Shown here: piece by piece, positions 1 through 9,596 of the stretch | How positions within the stretch are numbered: the first letter of the stretch is position 1 | Layout of the letters: each line of letters opens with the position of its first letter | Origin: a virus | Reading direction: 5' to 3' (one strand) | Virus record (IMG/VR): IMGVR_UViG_3300047440_000809 | Coordinates: 32,001 to 96,000 of that record | DNA: 64,000 nt | Position numbers and translations under genes: made by a program | The notes under the pieces: generated by a model | The model's input: the letters and a program-made list of their open reading frames with translations, nothing else | Told to the model about the DNA's origin: nothing | The model's database searches: none

Positions 1-186
1 ACCACTGCGGCACGCGATGCCGAACAAGCTTCTCGGTCTGGGGACGTACCGGATGCTCGATTGGAACTTCGCGCTCGACCACGTCGAGGATGGAACGAGC
101 AAGCGCGTTCGGACCGGCCTCATCCCCGTAGTTGCGGATGACGTCGCCGATCAACACCATCAAGCGCGTGTCGTCACGCAGGTGCT

Positions 187-1102
187 TCACGCTCCACCTC
201 CCCACGCCGATGCCACGGCGTCGAGCACGTTCACGAGCTGCGCGCCGCACGCCGTCTTCGACAAGTAGACGCCGTTCGCTCCCTCCATGAGGCGCGCGAC
301 GAACCCATCTACGTCTCGCGCCACGGCGGCACCGATCCGCGCCAGCTCGTCCCCCGTCACGCCGACCGTGGCGAGCGCCGCGATCTTCTCGCCCTTGTCC
401 TTCACGACCTCGCTCGACGCCACCGCCGGGGACTCGCCGAACATGAAGGCGTCGCGCGGGACCTTGTTGATATCACGGTGTCCCCACGCCCCTTCGAACG
501 CCACCGCCAGCACTTCGAGGTCTTTGTCCGCCAGCTCGATCGTGTGGCAGGTGTCGCACGGATCGGTGTGCGCAGGCACGAGCTTGTCCGGCACGTGCAA
601 CGTCCAGGTGTGTGACGGCTGGAGGGTCACAACCATCTCCTGCACGGGGACGGCGATTCGAGCGCGGACCTTCTCCCATGCCGCGGGGTCGGGCGGCGCC
701 GGCGTACGAGTCGCCGTCGTCTTGCCCTCGAAGGGGGGCACGAGCGCGTGCACGCGGAGCCAGCGGACGGCGGTCTTGTTGGGGAGGCGCGACGCGAACG
801 CGTGGGCGATCGGCGCGACCCGCGCGTCGTAGGTCTCGGCGTGCCAGCGCAGGTAGGCGTTGGCGGCGGTCCGCTCGACCCGGTGGTTGAGCAGCGAGAG
901 ATCGGCCAGCCTCCCGCCTCGCCGGAGCCGGGCGACCGTCTGCACGTAGATCTTGGCCACGTGGGAGGCGACGCGGCCGCGGGCGATGAGCCCGACGAGG
1001 AAGGCGGCGGCGTCCGGGAAGTCGTCGATCGTCCGCGGGGGGAAGGTGTACGTCTGGCCGTTGGCGACCACGATAGAGGGGGATCCTGAGTACCTGGGCA
1101 TG
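187..1102 (-). CDS. Hypothetical protein (likely start MPRYSG at 1102)
   Basis: Long ORF; the upstream extension to 1200 runs into AT-rich intergenic DNA. Confidence 0.6.
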
Positions 1103-1176
1103 GGGGAAAGAATAGTACGGCTGAGCGGCGTATGTAAATAGGTACTACGTGCCTCCCGCGCGCGCAGGATCCAAGA

Positions 1177-1222
1177 ATTCTTATCCATTTTATTACACAC
1201 ACGTATTATATCGGATAAGAAT
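1177..1222. promoter_or_regulatory. Inverted repeat in divergent AT-rich intergenic region
   Basis: ATTCTTATCC (1177-1186) and GGATAAGAAT (1213-1222) between divergent operons. Confidence 0.5.
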
Positions 1223-1231
1223 ACTTACATC

Positions 1232-1495
1232 GTGCGCGCGCGCGAGGGGCAAAGAGTGATACAGGCGGAGCCGGTGGCCGAAGGCGACAAGGTAGTGGTG
1301 GCGCTCGGCACGGGCATCGGTCGGCTGGTTTACCCCTGCGTCGTGTCGAACGACCCCGTGCCCCACCCTGCCGGTGCCTTCTTCCGCGTGTCCCTCGACA
1401 TGTGCCCTCCGCGCCTGGAGGGGATCACCTGGGCTCGTGGATGGGAGGGTCTCGACGCGGACGCGTTCGTCGTCGCGGTGGCGCTCGGGTCGTGA
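1232..1495 (+). CDS. EGxxWxRGW-family protein 1
   Basis: C-terminus LEGITWARGWEGLDADAFVVAVALGS. Confidence 0.75.
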   Translation: MRAREGQRVIQAEPVAEGDKVVVALGTGIGRLVYPCVVSNDPVPHPAGAFFRVSLDMCPPRLEGITWARGWEGLDADAFVVAVALGS

Positions 1496-1902
1496 AGGTC
1501 AGTGTCAGCACCGCGACCATCACGAGGCCGTCGTCGCCGGCGATGTCCCCGCGCGCCCGGCTCAAGGACGGCGACCACGTCGTGCTGTTGTTTCTCGGGA
1601 GCGTCGTGGAGATCATCATCTCGACCACGCGCAGCGGTACGCGGGACGACGGGCGCTACTGGGCGTCGCCGGCGATGTCCCCACGCGCCCAGCTCAAGGA
1701 CGGCGACCACGTCGTGCTGGCGTTCCTCGGGAGCGTCATGGAGATCATCGTCTCGACCGAGCGCAGCGGTACGCGGGACGACGGGCGCTTCTGGGCGAAG
1801 CCAATCGTGTTCGCGGCGAACGAAGAGGGGATCGCGTGGGCTCGCGGGTGGCGGACGCCAGCGGCACGTGCGTTGAGGGCCTTCGTGGGGCTGACGACGT
1901 GA
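1492..1902 (+). CDS. EGxxWxRGW-family protein 2 with internal 44-aa duplication
   Basis: GTG overlaps previous stop; EEGIAWARGWRTPAARALRAFVGLTT. Confidence 0.75.
   Translation: MKVSVSTATITRPSSPAMSPRARLKDGDHVVLLFLGSVVEIIISTTRSGTRDDGRYWASPAMSPRAQLKDGDHVVLAFLGSVMEIIVSTERSGTRDDGRFWAKPIVFAANEEGIAWARGWRTPAARALRAFVGLTT
1534..1797 (+). repeat. 132-bp in-frame tandem duplication (2 copies)
   Basis: 1534-1665 and 1666-1797 near-identical (SPAMSPRA.LKDGDHVVL.FLGSV.EII.ST.RSGTRDDGR.WA). Confidence 0.9.
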
Positions 1903-1938
1903 TGGACGTGCGCGAGACCTCGTGATATCAGTAGAGTC

Positions 1939-2247
1939 GTGATATCGGCAATCGTGTGGGGCACTGCCGTCGTTGGCGTCGTAGAGGCGGCCTGGATCGT
2001 CCTGATGGCCCTGGCAGTGGTGCCGTTCAAGGTGTCCGTCGTGTTCAACGAGAAGGTGTGCCTGGGGCGAGTCTCCTCACGAGCCTGGCTACAGCCCAAG
2101 ACCGTGTTCATCAGGATCGTAAGCCCCGTGGTTGCGAACGATCGAGTCATCGGCGTGACTCGCGGCGCCTACGGCGTCACGTGGTGCTACGGATGGGAGG
2201 GGCGCGCGTCGCAGGCACTTCGAGCGTTGGTGGCGCTCACGTCGTGA
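1939..2247 (+). CDS. EGxxWxRGW-family protein 3
   Basis: AYGVTWCYGWEGRASQALRALVALTS. Confidence 0.7.
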   Translation: MISAIVWGTAVVGVVEAAWIVLMALAVVPFKVSVVFNEKVCLGRVSSRAWLQPKTVFIRIVSPVVANDRVIGVTRGAYGVTWCYGWEGRASQALRALVALTS

Positions 2248-2255
2248 GGAGCGTG

Positions 2256-2531
2256 ATGGCAAGCCTCCGGCAGACCTGGCGCGAGTGGCGCTGGAACCGC
2301 CGCTTCAGTGGAGCACCTGTGCTGTTTCGACACTCGTGTAGCGTGTGCAAAGCCGGTGCATACGTGGGCTTCATCCACAAGATGATTGACGGACAGGTAC
2401 TGCTCTCCGTCACGGTGGTGCCTGCGCAGACCTTCGACGTAGCTCTTGAAGATGAGGGCATATCGTGGACGCGCGCGATCGAAGGAGAAGCAGCTGACGC
2501 GTTTCGAGCGGCAGCGGTGTTGACGACGTGA
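2256..2531 (+). CDS. EGxxWxRGW-family protein 4
   Basis: GAGGAG RBS; EDEGISWTRAIEGEAADAFRAAAVLTT. Confidence 0.7.
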   Translation: MASLRQTWREWRWNRRFSGAPVLFRHSCSVCKAGAYVGFIHKMIDGQVLLSVTVVPAQTFDVALEDEGISWTRAIEGEAADAFRAAAVLTT

Positions 2532-2773
2532 GCGCCACCAACAAGAAGCTCCCGGTGAAGGCACTGGCGATCGTCGGCGACGCAGTCGTCAAGGGATGGC
2601 TGATCAGCCGCAACGGTGATGAATGGTACTGGCGCGACACCGATGGCGGTAACCTGTGGACGCGGAGCGAACGCGCCAAAATGTTAAACAGCGATCGTGG
2701 CATCTACTGGGCGCTAGGCTGGGACGGCGAAGAGGCCGACGCGTTCCGTGCGATGCGAGGGCTCGTGTCGTGA
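2528..2773 (+). CDS. EGxxWxRGW-family protein 5
   Basis: SDRGIYWALGWDGEEADAFRAMRGLVS. Confidence 0.7.
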   Translation: MSATNKKLPVKALAIVGDAVVKGWLISRNGDEWYWRDTDGGNLWTRSERAKMLNSDRGIYWALGWDGEEADAFRAMRGLVS

Positions 2774-2991
2774 CAGCCGGCGACAAGATCACCGCAGCGC
2801 TGGACGGGCGACTCGTTGCCGACGTCGCTTGGATTGTAGATGGTCACAAGTTCACGGGGCAGCTGCGTTATGCTGGTGAGATACGTGTGTTCGACGAAGC
2901 GGATGAAGGCATCACCTGGCTGCGCGGTTGGCGCATGGAGGATGAAGATGCAGTAAAAGCATTCCTCGCAGCGCAGGCGTTGACGTCATGA
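2770..2991 (+). CDS. EGxxWxRGW-family protein 6
   Basis: ADEGITWLRGWRMEDEDAVKAFLAAQALTS. Confidence 0.75.
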   Translation: MTAGDKITAALDGRLVADVAWIVDGHKFTGQLRYAGEIRVFDEADEGITWLRGWRMEDEDAVKAFLAAQALTS

Positions 2992-3479
2992 AGAAGCCGA
3001 CGAAGGGCAACAAGGTCACCGTGCTGATCCGAAGTCGCAGCCGCCTCCGTAAGGGCACGCTCGCGACACCGCTCGGTCATGACGGCTTCACCGCAAGTCT
3101 ACAGGGAGGCGGGTGGGCCACGTGCCTGGCGAAAGATGAAGGCTCGACGTGGGTGCGTGGTTGGCACGGGAATGAGAGCGTCGATGGAAAGGCGCTCCTT
3201 GCAGCGGCTGCGCTCACCGAGGTGAAGGCGCCAACCGGTGTGCGCTACTACGCTGTCGATGGCGTGCACGGCGACGACCCCAGCGCCGGGTTCTCCGATG
3301 TCTCGCCCGCCGAGGCGTCCACCCGAGCGTTCAAGACTTTGGGGGAGTTGAGGGCCGCCCTCCCAGCAGCTGGCGGCAGCCGCAAAATCGAGATCACGAT
3401 ATCGCGTGGTGGTGGCGTTGTGGACGGCGTCAAGCTTCACTGGCCTGACCGGGTCGTTGTGGTCCGAGGCGCCAAATGA
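2988..3479 (+). CDS. EGxxWxRGW-family protein 7 with C-terminal extension
   Basis: KDEGSTWVRGWHG...KALLAAAAL followed by an extra domain. Confidence 0.7.
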   Translation: MKKPTKGNKVTVLIRSRSRLRKGTLATPLGHDGFTASLQGGGWATCLAKDEGSTWVRGWHGNESVDGKALLAAAALTEVKAPTGVRYYAVDGVHGDDPSAGFSDVSPAEASTRAFKTLGELRAALPAAGGSRKIEITISRGGGVVDGVKLHWPDRVVVVRGAK

Positions 3480-3892
3480 AGAAGCTCAAGGTCGGGCAGC
3501 GCGTGACGGTGGTCGGCAAAGCCTCGGGCAAGATCGTGCACGCCACGTTTTACGGCGTGAGGCCGGCGCCGGACGGCGGCATGCGGATGGAGGTGCTGGT
3601 ACAGGTACTCGGCACGGTCGAAGTCCGTCGCGAATTCGAAAGCGAAGAGGGCATCACCTGGGCCCGCGGCTGGCGTGGCAAAGCGGTCGACGCCCTGCGC
3701 GCCTACATCGCGCTCAACGAGGTCCAATCTCCGCCTGACCTTGGCCTCTTCAGTGCCGGCGTCATCGGAAGCTTCATGCGCAAAACCTACGACAGATTCG
3801 TGGCGCTCTCGCCCGAGCAGCAGGCCGCGGTGGCAGCAGCCGGCGTCGCCGCGATCTCCGCGCTTGCCAAGCCCTTAGCTCGGAAGACTTGA
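3476..3892 (+). CDS. EGxxWxRGW-family protein 8
   Basis: LKVGQRVTVV N-terminus; SEEGITWARGWRGKAVDALRAYIAL. Confidence 0.75.
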   Translation: MKKLKVGQRVTVVGKASGKIVHATFYGVRPAPDGGMRMEVLVQVLGTVEVRREFESEEGITWARGWRGKAVDALRAYIALNEVQSPPDLGLFSAGVIGSFMRKTYDRFVALSPEQQAAVAAAGVAAISALAKPLARKT

Positions 3893-3926
3893 CATCCGTA
3901 ACGCGAGAACACACCATCTACCCACC

Positions 3927-4160
3927 GTGTCAAGCACCACCCACATCGGCACCGAGATTCGTCGGGTCCGACTGAGCCTCGACATGACGCTGGAGGAGTT
4001 CGGCGAGCGCGTCGGGATCGCGTGGCAGACGATCGCCGCGTACGAGACCGGACGTGCGACGCCTCCGTCCGATCGGCTGTTGCGCATCCTGCACGCGACT
4101 CGAAAGGCCAAGGAGCCGTTCCGGGTCGAGCGGATCGCGCGAGCGCTGGCTGCGGCGTGA
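3927..4160 (+). CDS. XRE/Cro-C1 helix-turn-helix regulator
   Basis: IRRVRLSLDMTLEEFGERVGIAWQTIAAYETGRATP; TTGACA -35 at 3889. Confidence 0.85.
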   Translation: MSSTTHIGTEIRRVRLSLDMTLEEFGERVGIAWQTIAAYETGRATPPSDRLLRILHATRKAKEPFRVERIARALAAA

Positions 4161-4420
4161 ACGAGGTCTGGAGCCACACCTCCTACGCGACCGGTGACGG
4201 CGTCGATGTTCCTGCGCTGGCGTTGCGCATCACGGTCAGACACGACGGCGTGCTTCTGCGAGCTGTGCTGACGTCCGCCACGGCGACCTCCTACCAACTT
4301 TGTGGGCGCCCGGCGGTCGTGTTCGCGCAGGCGCGCGCCGACGAAGGGATCACCTGGGCCCGCGGGTGGGATGGACCGGCCGTGGATGCGCTCGCCGCCT
4401 ACAGGGCGCTCGCGTCGTGA
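4157..4420 (+). CDS. EGxxWxRGW-family protein 9
   Basis: ADEGITWARGWDGPAVDALAAYRALAS. Confidence 0.75.
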   Translation: MNEVWSHTSYATGDGVDVPALALRITVRHDGVLLRAVLTSATATSYQLCGRPAVVFAQARADEGITWARGWDGPAVDALAAYRALAS

Positions 4421-4606
4421 GCCCGAAACCCCGCCGCAGCCGTGCCAAGCCACGCCGGCACCGGCTGCGCGCCCCCTACTACCGCCCGCGCCGGCCGCTC
4501 TTCTCGGTCACGACCATCGCGCGCACGCTCGACAAGGGGTTCGTGTACCTGACGGTCGCCCTGGAGCGTCTGCTGGCGTCCACAGGCACGTGATAGACTA
4601 GTCTGC

Positions 4607-4888
4607 GTGGCGGTCTGCGAGTTCCTGCGCTGCCCAGGCTGCGGGCACGACAAGAAGGCCGAGCAATTCGGGCTCACACCGAGGGGCAATTTCGACCCCG
4701 ACAACGCCTACCCGAACGAGCTGTCGCTGCGGCGCACCACAATCGGCGGACGCGGCCGCTGTTCGGTCGAGCGCTTCCCTGCGCCGCTCCCCTTCGCGCT
4801 CGGGATGCGCCAGATGCTCAAGTACCGACTCGCCCAGCTCGAAGCTGACATCCGCGCTGCGGGTGTTGAGCTGCCGGACGACGAGTGA
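4607..4888 (+). CDS. Small CxxC-containing protein
   Basis: CPGC motif, C-terminal helix. Confidence 0.55.
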   Translation: MAVCEFLRCPGCGHDKKAEQFGLTPRGNFDPDNAYPNELSLRRTTIGGRGRCSVERFPAPLPFALGMRQMLKYRLAQLEADIRAAGVELPDDE

Positions 4889-4901
4889 TAATTTATTGGC
4901 G

Positions 4902-5135
4902 GTGAAGAACTTCCCCTCGGGGCAGCCCATCGTAGTCGCTGTGCACGGCAGGGTGCTCCAGGCGAAGACGACGCGCGGCGGGCGAAGGCGTGTGCGCTAC
5001 AAGATCGTCAAGGGCCCTCCGGGGTTCTTCGGTCCGAAGTTCCTGACGCTGCGCGAAGAGGGCATCATCTGGGCGCGTGGGTGGGAAGGCGAAGCCGCCG
5101 ACGCCCTTCGAGTTGCTGTTGCGTTATCGACATGA
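4902..5135 (+). CDS. EGxxWxRGW-family protein 10
   Basis: REEGIIWARGWEGEAADALRVAVALST. Confidence 0.75.
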   Translation: MKNFPSGQPIVVAVHGRVLQAKTTRGGRRRVRYKIVKGPPGFFGPKFLTLREEGIIWARGWEGEAADALRVAVALST

Positions 5136-5431
5136 GGCTGCACATCGACCGCAACGCGCGTGTGACCGTCGTGCTGCGCGACACCGGCGAGATCGTGCAC
5201 GCATACGTGAAGAAGCCAGGCAAGGAGCTGAGGATCGTGTACGTGCGGGAGGGGACGATCACGTGGGCGCTGAATGTAAAGACCCAGCACTGGAATCCTG
5301 CGCGCCTGACCCCACGCGCCCTCGTTAACTACAACGTCCGACATCGCGACGAAGGCGTCGTCTGGGCGCGCGGCTGGGACGGGCCCGACGTGGATGCGCT
5401 GCGGGCGACCGTGGCGCTCACGACGCGCTGA
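5132..5431 (+). CDS. EGxxWxRGW-family protein 11
   Basis: RDEGVVWARGWDGPDVDALRATVALTTR; partial second copy REGTITW. Confidence 0.75.
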   Translation: MRLHIDRNARVTVVLRDTGEIVHAYVKKPGKELRIVYVREGTITWALNVKTQHWNPARLTPRALVNYNVRHRDEGVVWARGWDGPDVDALRATVALTTR

Positions 5432-5494
5432 GCGGAAGCCGCCGCCGGGACAGGGCTAGGTCGCCGAACCCCACCTGCCCTCGGCGGCGGATCC

Positions 5495-5833
5495 CTAATT
5501 CTTCGCCGGTGGTTCCTCGCGCTCTTCGATCGCCGACTGATCTAACCCCCAGAGCAGGACGGCTTCGAACACCGGCGTGAGGAACACGGCGAGCGCCTGC
5601 GTCGGGAAGAGCGACGGGATGTGATGGACGGTGAAGTTCACCGGGTTGAGCCCGAGCACCGCCAGGCCACTACCGATCCAGAACCCCGAGCACGCAGGGC
5701 AGCGCAGCAGCCGATCGAACCATCCACGCGCGCGGCTCCACAGCGGTTGCATGATGCTCGATCGAGCGACGAGCCAGTGGATGGACGCGCAGAGAATGCC
5801 GAGCACGAAGACCTGCACCGGATCGACCGTCAC
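5495..5833 (-). CDS. Membrane protein with CxxC (DUF1360-like)
   Basis: Three hydrophobic segments; LLRCPACSGFW. Confidence 0.55.
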   Translation of the reverse strand: MTVDPVQVFVLGILCASIHWLVARSSIMQPLWSRARGWFDRLLRCPACSGFWIGSGLAVLGLNPVNFTVHHIPSLFPTQALAVFLTPVFEAVLLWGLDQSAIEEREEPPAKN

Positions 5834-5990
5834 GACAGCCGCTCCGGCTCGACGTAGAACAGCCGCAACACAATCACCAGCGGCACGAACGGCGCGATGG
5901 CGAGCGTGTAGGCGACCCACTCCCTGCGGGGCATCGCGGGGTCGCGGCGCAGCCAGTCGTCGAGCGTGACGGTGATGGCCTTGCGGAGCT

Positions 5991-6356
5991 TCACGCTCGC
6001 CATTCTCCGCCGCGAAGCACGACATAAGCAGTGCGCATCGCCATTTCTGCCGCGACCATTGCTTCTTGCCGCGTCGAACACGTTCCAACGGCAGGCACAG
6101 GCCGCTTGTCTCCGTAGGAGGCGCCATGGCCGTACTTGTCCGTGATGTCCCACGACCAGTCGCCGGTCTCGCCAGCAGCAACGTGCGCGCGCAGATCGGC
6201 CACCTCGGCTACGTTACCGACCCACTTGCGGTGAACGCGGCCGTGGCCGCCACACTTTGGACAGCGCGCCTCGTCGTCGAACGGTGACGCATAGATGTGT
6301 GGTGGGTTGACTGCGTAGTCGTTGCCGCACGTGACGCATGTGACGTCGAATTTCAT
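5991..6356 (-). CDS. Zn-ribbon protein
   Basis: CVTC...CPKC. Confidence 0.5.
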   Translation of the reverse strand: MKFDVTCVTCGNDYAVNPPHIYASPFDDEARCPKCGGHGRVHRKWVGNVAEVADLRAHVAAGETGDWSWDITDKYGHGASYGDKRPVPAVGTCSTRQEAMVAAEMAMRTAYVVLRGGEWRA

Positions 6357-6573
6357 GACCGCGCACACGACTCGATGACGGGGAGCATCTCGCGCTCGGT
6401 GCCCATGCCGCCGCCGTATGCCCAGCTGTACCACGACGCCCAACGCAGCGCCGGGCGCCAGCCTCGCGCTCGGCTGCGCCAGCCCACGTTCGAATCGAGT
6501 GCGACAGTGCTGCGGATGTACCGGTGGCACAAGCGCAGCGCGCGCACGTCCTTCTTCGGTGTCGGCCCTCGCT

Positions 6574-6888
6574 TCACGGCTCGATTTCCTCACACGCGCA
6601 CGCGTCCATCTTCGTGGCCTTGAAGCCTTTCAGCCACGCCCGCCCGAAGCTCTCGCCGGCGGCCAGCGCCTCGGTCAGTGATTTGTACTTGCCGACGATC
6701 TTGTGCGCGTGGTCTTCGAGAATGTCAGCGCCGAGGGGGCTCTCTACGGCGCCAACAAACCATTCAGTGTCCGCGTCGGTGTACTTCAAGACCGTGACGA
6801 TGACGCGGCTGGTAGGACCCGTCACGACCACCGCGAGCTGGATGCCGGCTCTCCACTCAAACGGCTCGTCGAGGATAGGCGCGCTCAC
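6574..6888 (-). CDS. Hypothetical protein
   Basis: Overlapping start/stop in leftward operon. Confidence 0.5.
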   Translation of the reverse strand: MSAPILDEPFEWRAGIQLAVVVTGPTSRVIVTVLKYTDADTEWFVGAVESPLGADILEDHAHKIVGKYKSLTEALAAGESFGRAWLKGFKATKMDACACEEIEP

Positions 6889-7310
6889 GGCTTGATCCTG
6901 GACTCGAACTCGCTCGACGTGCGCACCGGCGTCCACTGCTCGCAGGTCGCCAGCATGTCCACCGGGATTCCCTGCGCCCGGCAGAACCCGTAGGAGCGCG
7001 GGTCGATCTTCAGGCTCTTGCGGCCCGCGAACTCGCGTGCGATCGGCGTCTCGAAGCACCCCGCGGCATCGGCCGTGAGCCCCTTCGCGAGGAGGTGGTT
7101 GCGCAGCTTCTTCTCGTCCTTCTCGAACGCGACGCAATGCAAGCACGGCCGTGCCTCCATCCCCGTGGCCAGCTCGATCGTGCCTGCGGCCGCACGGTCA
7201 CCGTCGCCACCCACGATGTCGATGCCCGTGAAGCAGGTCGTGTTGGCGAGCGCGCAGGCGATGCAGGGCTTCGGTGCGTGGTCGTCGTGACCGCAGGAAG
7301 GGCAGCTCAC
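6885..7310 (-). CDS. Cys-rich hypothetical protein
   Basis: CPSCGH..H...CIAC, CLHC, FC..C. Confidence 0.55.
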   Translation of the reverse strand: MSCPSCGHDDHAPKPCIACALANTTCFTGIDIVGGDGDRAAAGTIELATGMEARPCLHCVAFEKDEKKLRNHLLAKGLTADAAGCFETPIAREFAGRKSLKIDPRSYGFCRAQGIPVDMLATCEQWTPVRTSSEFESRIKP

Positions 7311-7394
7311 GACCGGGAATCTACCACCGGTCGACGCCAATGACTTAACAAAATGGATTGACGACGGGGCGGTCGTGCTTGAAGCTCTTCGTCC

Positions 7395-9596
7395 ATGGCC
7401 GTCGCACCACCGATGCTCAAAGCCCATCCGGACATGGCGAAGCTGAACAGCTTCTCCATGCCCTTCTTGGTTACGATCACGAAGCACCTTGTCCCACGCG
7501 GCGGCGAAGGGGTATCGGCGGTGGCAACGCAGCTGATGACCCGCGATCAGTTGCTCGACTACCAGGGCGTGAAGCTGCTGACGACCTTCGGCCCCGGCTA
7601 CTACCACTTCACCGTCGTGGACCCGGGCGGGCAGGGCGAGGACGAGTGGAAGGTGAAGCTCGGTACGGAAGCAGCAGCACAGGAGGGTCAGATGCCAGGT
7701 CCATTCGGTTCTCCAGCAGCGATGCCCACGGGCTCGGCGATGCCCAGTACACCGCTCGACTCCGACGTCAGGCAGATCGGCCCCGGCTGGTACTACAACG
7801 AGTCGATGGGGCTCCTCTACACGCCGTGGCGCGCGATGGTTCCGTGGAAGACCGGCGATCCGCTGCCGCAGCAGCCGACCTCGAACACGACGGCCACCGC
7901 GCCCGGCGGAGCGACGTGGGCCTACCCGGGGTGGAACGGCGGCGGGCCTTCGACTCCGTGGATGCCGGGCTGGGGCAACTTCCCCGCGGCCGAGGACTCC
8001 AAGATCGAAACGCTCAAGATGCAGCTCGAAGAGCAGAAGCGTCAGCTCGAAGCCGAGCAGCGTCGACGCGACGAGGACAAGCGTGATCGTGAGGCCGAGG
8101 CGATCCGCACCGAGATGCGCCGGCAGCAGGAGGAGACCAACAAGCGAATCGAGACGCTCATCGAGAAGCTCATGTCGAAGCCCGAGGGGCCATCGGCGCG
8201 CGAGCTGGCCTTGGAGCGGGAGGCCGCGGATGAGCGGCGCCGGCGCGAGGACATGGAGCGCGAGGAGCGTCGGGAGACGCAGCGCCGTGAAGAGGCGCGG
8301 CTCGCCGACGAGCGTCACCGCGAGGAGATGCGCGTGTTCCGCGAGGCGGCGGCCAACAAGCCGGACCCCATGATGAACTTGCTCACGCAGTTCTTGACCA
8401 CGTCGCAGGTCACGCAGGGCGAGAACGTGCGCATGATCCGCGAGTCGAGCCAGCAGGCCACCGCGGCGGCCGAGCGCGGCGCGACGCAGGTCTTGGAGCT
8501 GGCGCGCACCCAGCGCGATGGTGCGATCGATGGTGCCAAGCTGACCCTGGACATGATGAAGGACAACATGGGAGTCCAGAAGGACTTCTTCATGCAGATG
8601 ATCGAGATGAAGGGCAGCGACAACACGCCCTGGTGGGGTAGCATGATCCAGGAAGGGTTGAACCGGGTTGGCGCGGTCGGGGAGATGATGGCCGCTCGGC
8701 AACAGCAGCAACAGCAAGAGCCGCAGTACGTGCCGCCCCCGCCGCGCCAACAGCAACAGCAGTCGCGCGCGCAGACGGTGCCCGGCATCCCGGTCGCGCC
8801 CGCGATCCCGTCCGTCGGGCGCCCCGGCTTCATCGACACGGGGCTGCGCCCGCCGGGCGCCGAGCACGACGTCGAGAACGACGAGTGGCTGCTCCCGGGC
8901 GGGCACCGCGTGAAGAACTCGCTCGTGCAGCAGCGTGGGTGGAAGTTCGCCCTCGACGACCTGGCGAGGCGCGTGTCGCACGCGGCGCCGGTGATGGTGG
9001 TCCCTGCGCCGGCTCCCGCGGCCGACGTGCCGATGAACGGCGCCGGCAATGGCGTGGGTCATGCCCCTCCCGCGGCGGCAGCTCCACCAGCGGCAGCTCC
9101 GCGCGGGCGGCGAGCAGCGACAGCGAGTGCCAGGAAGCCCCCCAGGCGGCGAGCGCCCGCAGCTCCCCCGATGGCGCCGCCGGCAGACCCCAAGGGATAC
9201 ACCGGGGCGGAGGTCGCGGCAGCATCCATCCACGACGTGTTCGAGGCGACCAAGGTATCGCCCGACCCGCAGTTCTTCGGCGAGGTCTGGAACTACGTGC
9301 AGCAGATGCGCGCGAATCCGCCAACACCGGAGGCAGCAGTCAGCTACATCATGCAGGCGCGGTCGTACGTGCGCTCGCGGGGGAAGAACTCGCCGGCGAT
9401 GGAACTGCTCGACGCCGAGCACTTCGAGGTGCTCGTGATGCGGCTCTTCCCCGAGCTGCCCGAGGACTACCAGCACGCCGTCGTGGAGGGGCTGCGTGCG
9501 CAGTTGTCGGGCGGCGGCGGCGAGGAAGGTGGTGGCGAAGGCGGCGGGGAGGGTGAGGGCGAAGATGACGACGAAGGCGAGGAGGCACAACAATGA
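7395..9596 (+). CDS. Large coiled-coil, Pro/Gln-rich protein, function unknown
   Basis: 733-aa ORF with E/R-rich coiled coil and acidic tail. Confidence 0.75.
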   Translation: MAVAPPMLKAHPDMAKLNSFSMPFLVTITKHLVPRGGEGVSAVATQLMTRDQLLDYQGVKLLTTFGPGYYHFTVVDPGGQGEDEWKVKLGTEAAAQEGQMPGPFGSPAAMPTGSAMPSTPLDSDVRQIGPGWYYNESMGLLYTPWRAMVPWKTGDPLPQQPTSNTTATAPGGATWAYPGWNGGGPSTPWMPGWGNFPAAEDSKIETLKMQLEEQKRQLEAEQRRRDEDKRDREAEAIRTEMRRQQEETNKRIETLIEKLMSKPEGPSARELALEREAADERRRREDMEREERRETQRREEARLADERHREEMRVFREAAANKPDPMMNLLTQFLTTSQVTQGENVRMIRESSQQATAAAERGATQVLELARTQRDGAIDGAKLTLDMMKDNMGVQKDFFMQMIEMKGSDNTPWWGSMIQEGLNRVGAVGEMMAARQQQQQQEPQYVPPPPRQQQQQSRAQTVPGIPVAPAIPSVGRPGFIDTGLRPPGAEHDVENDEWLLPGGHRVKNSLVQQRGWKFALDDLARRVSHAAPVMVVPAPAPAADVPMNGAGNGVGHAPPAAAAPPAAAPRGRRAATASARKPPRRRAPAAPPMAPPADPKGYTGAEVAAASIHDVFEATKVSPDPQFFGEVWNYVQQMRANPPTPEAAVSYIMQARSYVRSRGKNSPAMELLDAEHFEVLVMRLFPELPEDYQHAVVEGLRAQLSGGGGEEGGGEGGGEGEGEDDDEGEEAQQ

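Noticed and set aside
1232-5431. Integron/attC cassette array or diversity-generating retroelement
   Set aside because: Genes overlap with almost no intergenic sites, the repeat is protein-level, and no reverse transcriptase or TR/VR pair is seen.
6885-9593. 902-aa minus-strand ORF
   Set aside because: Shadow of 7395-9596(+); only the last 141 codons (6885-7310) look real.
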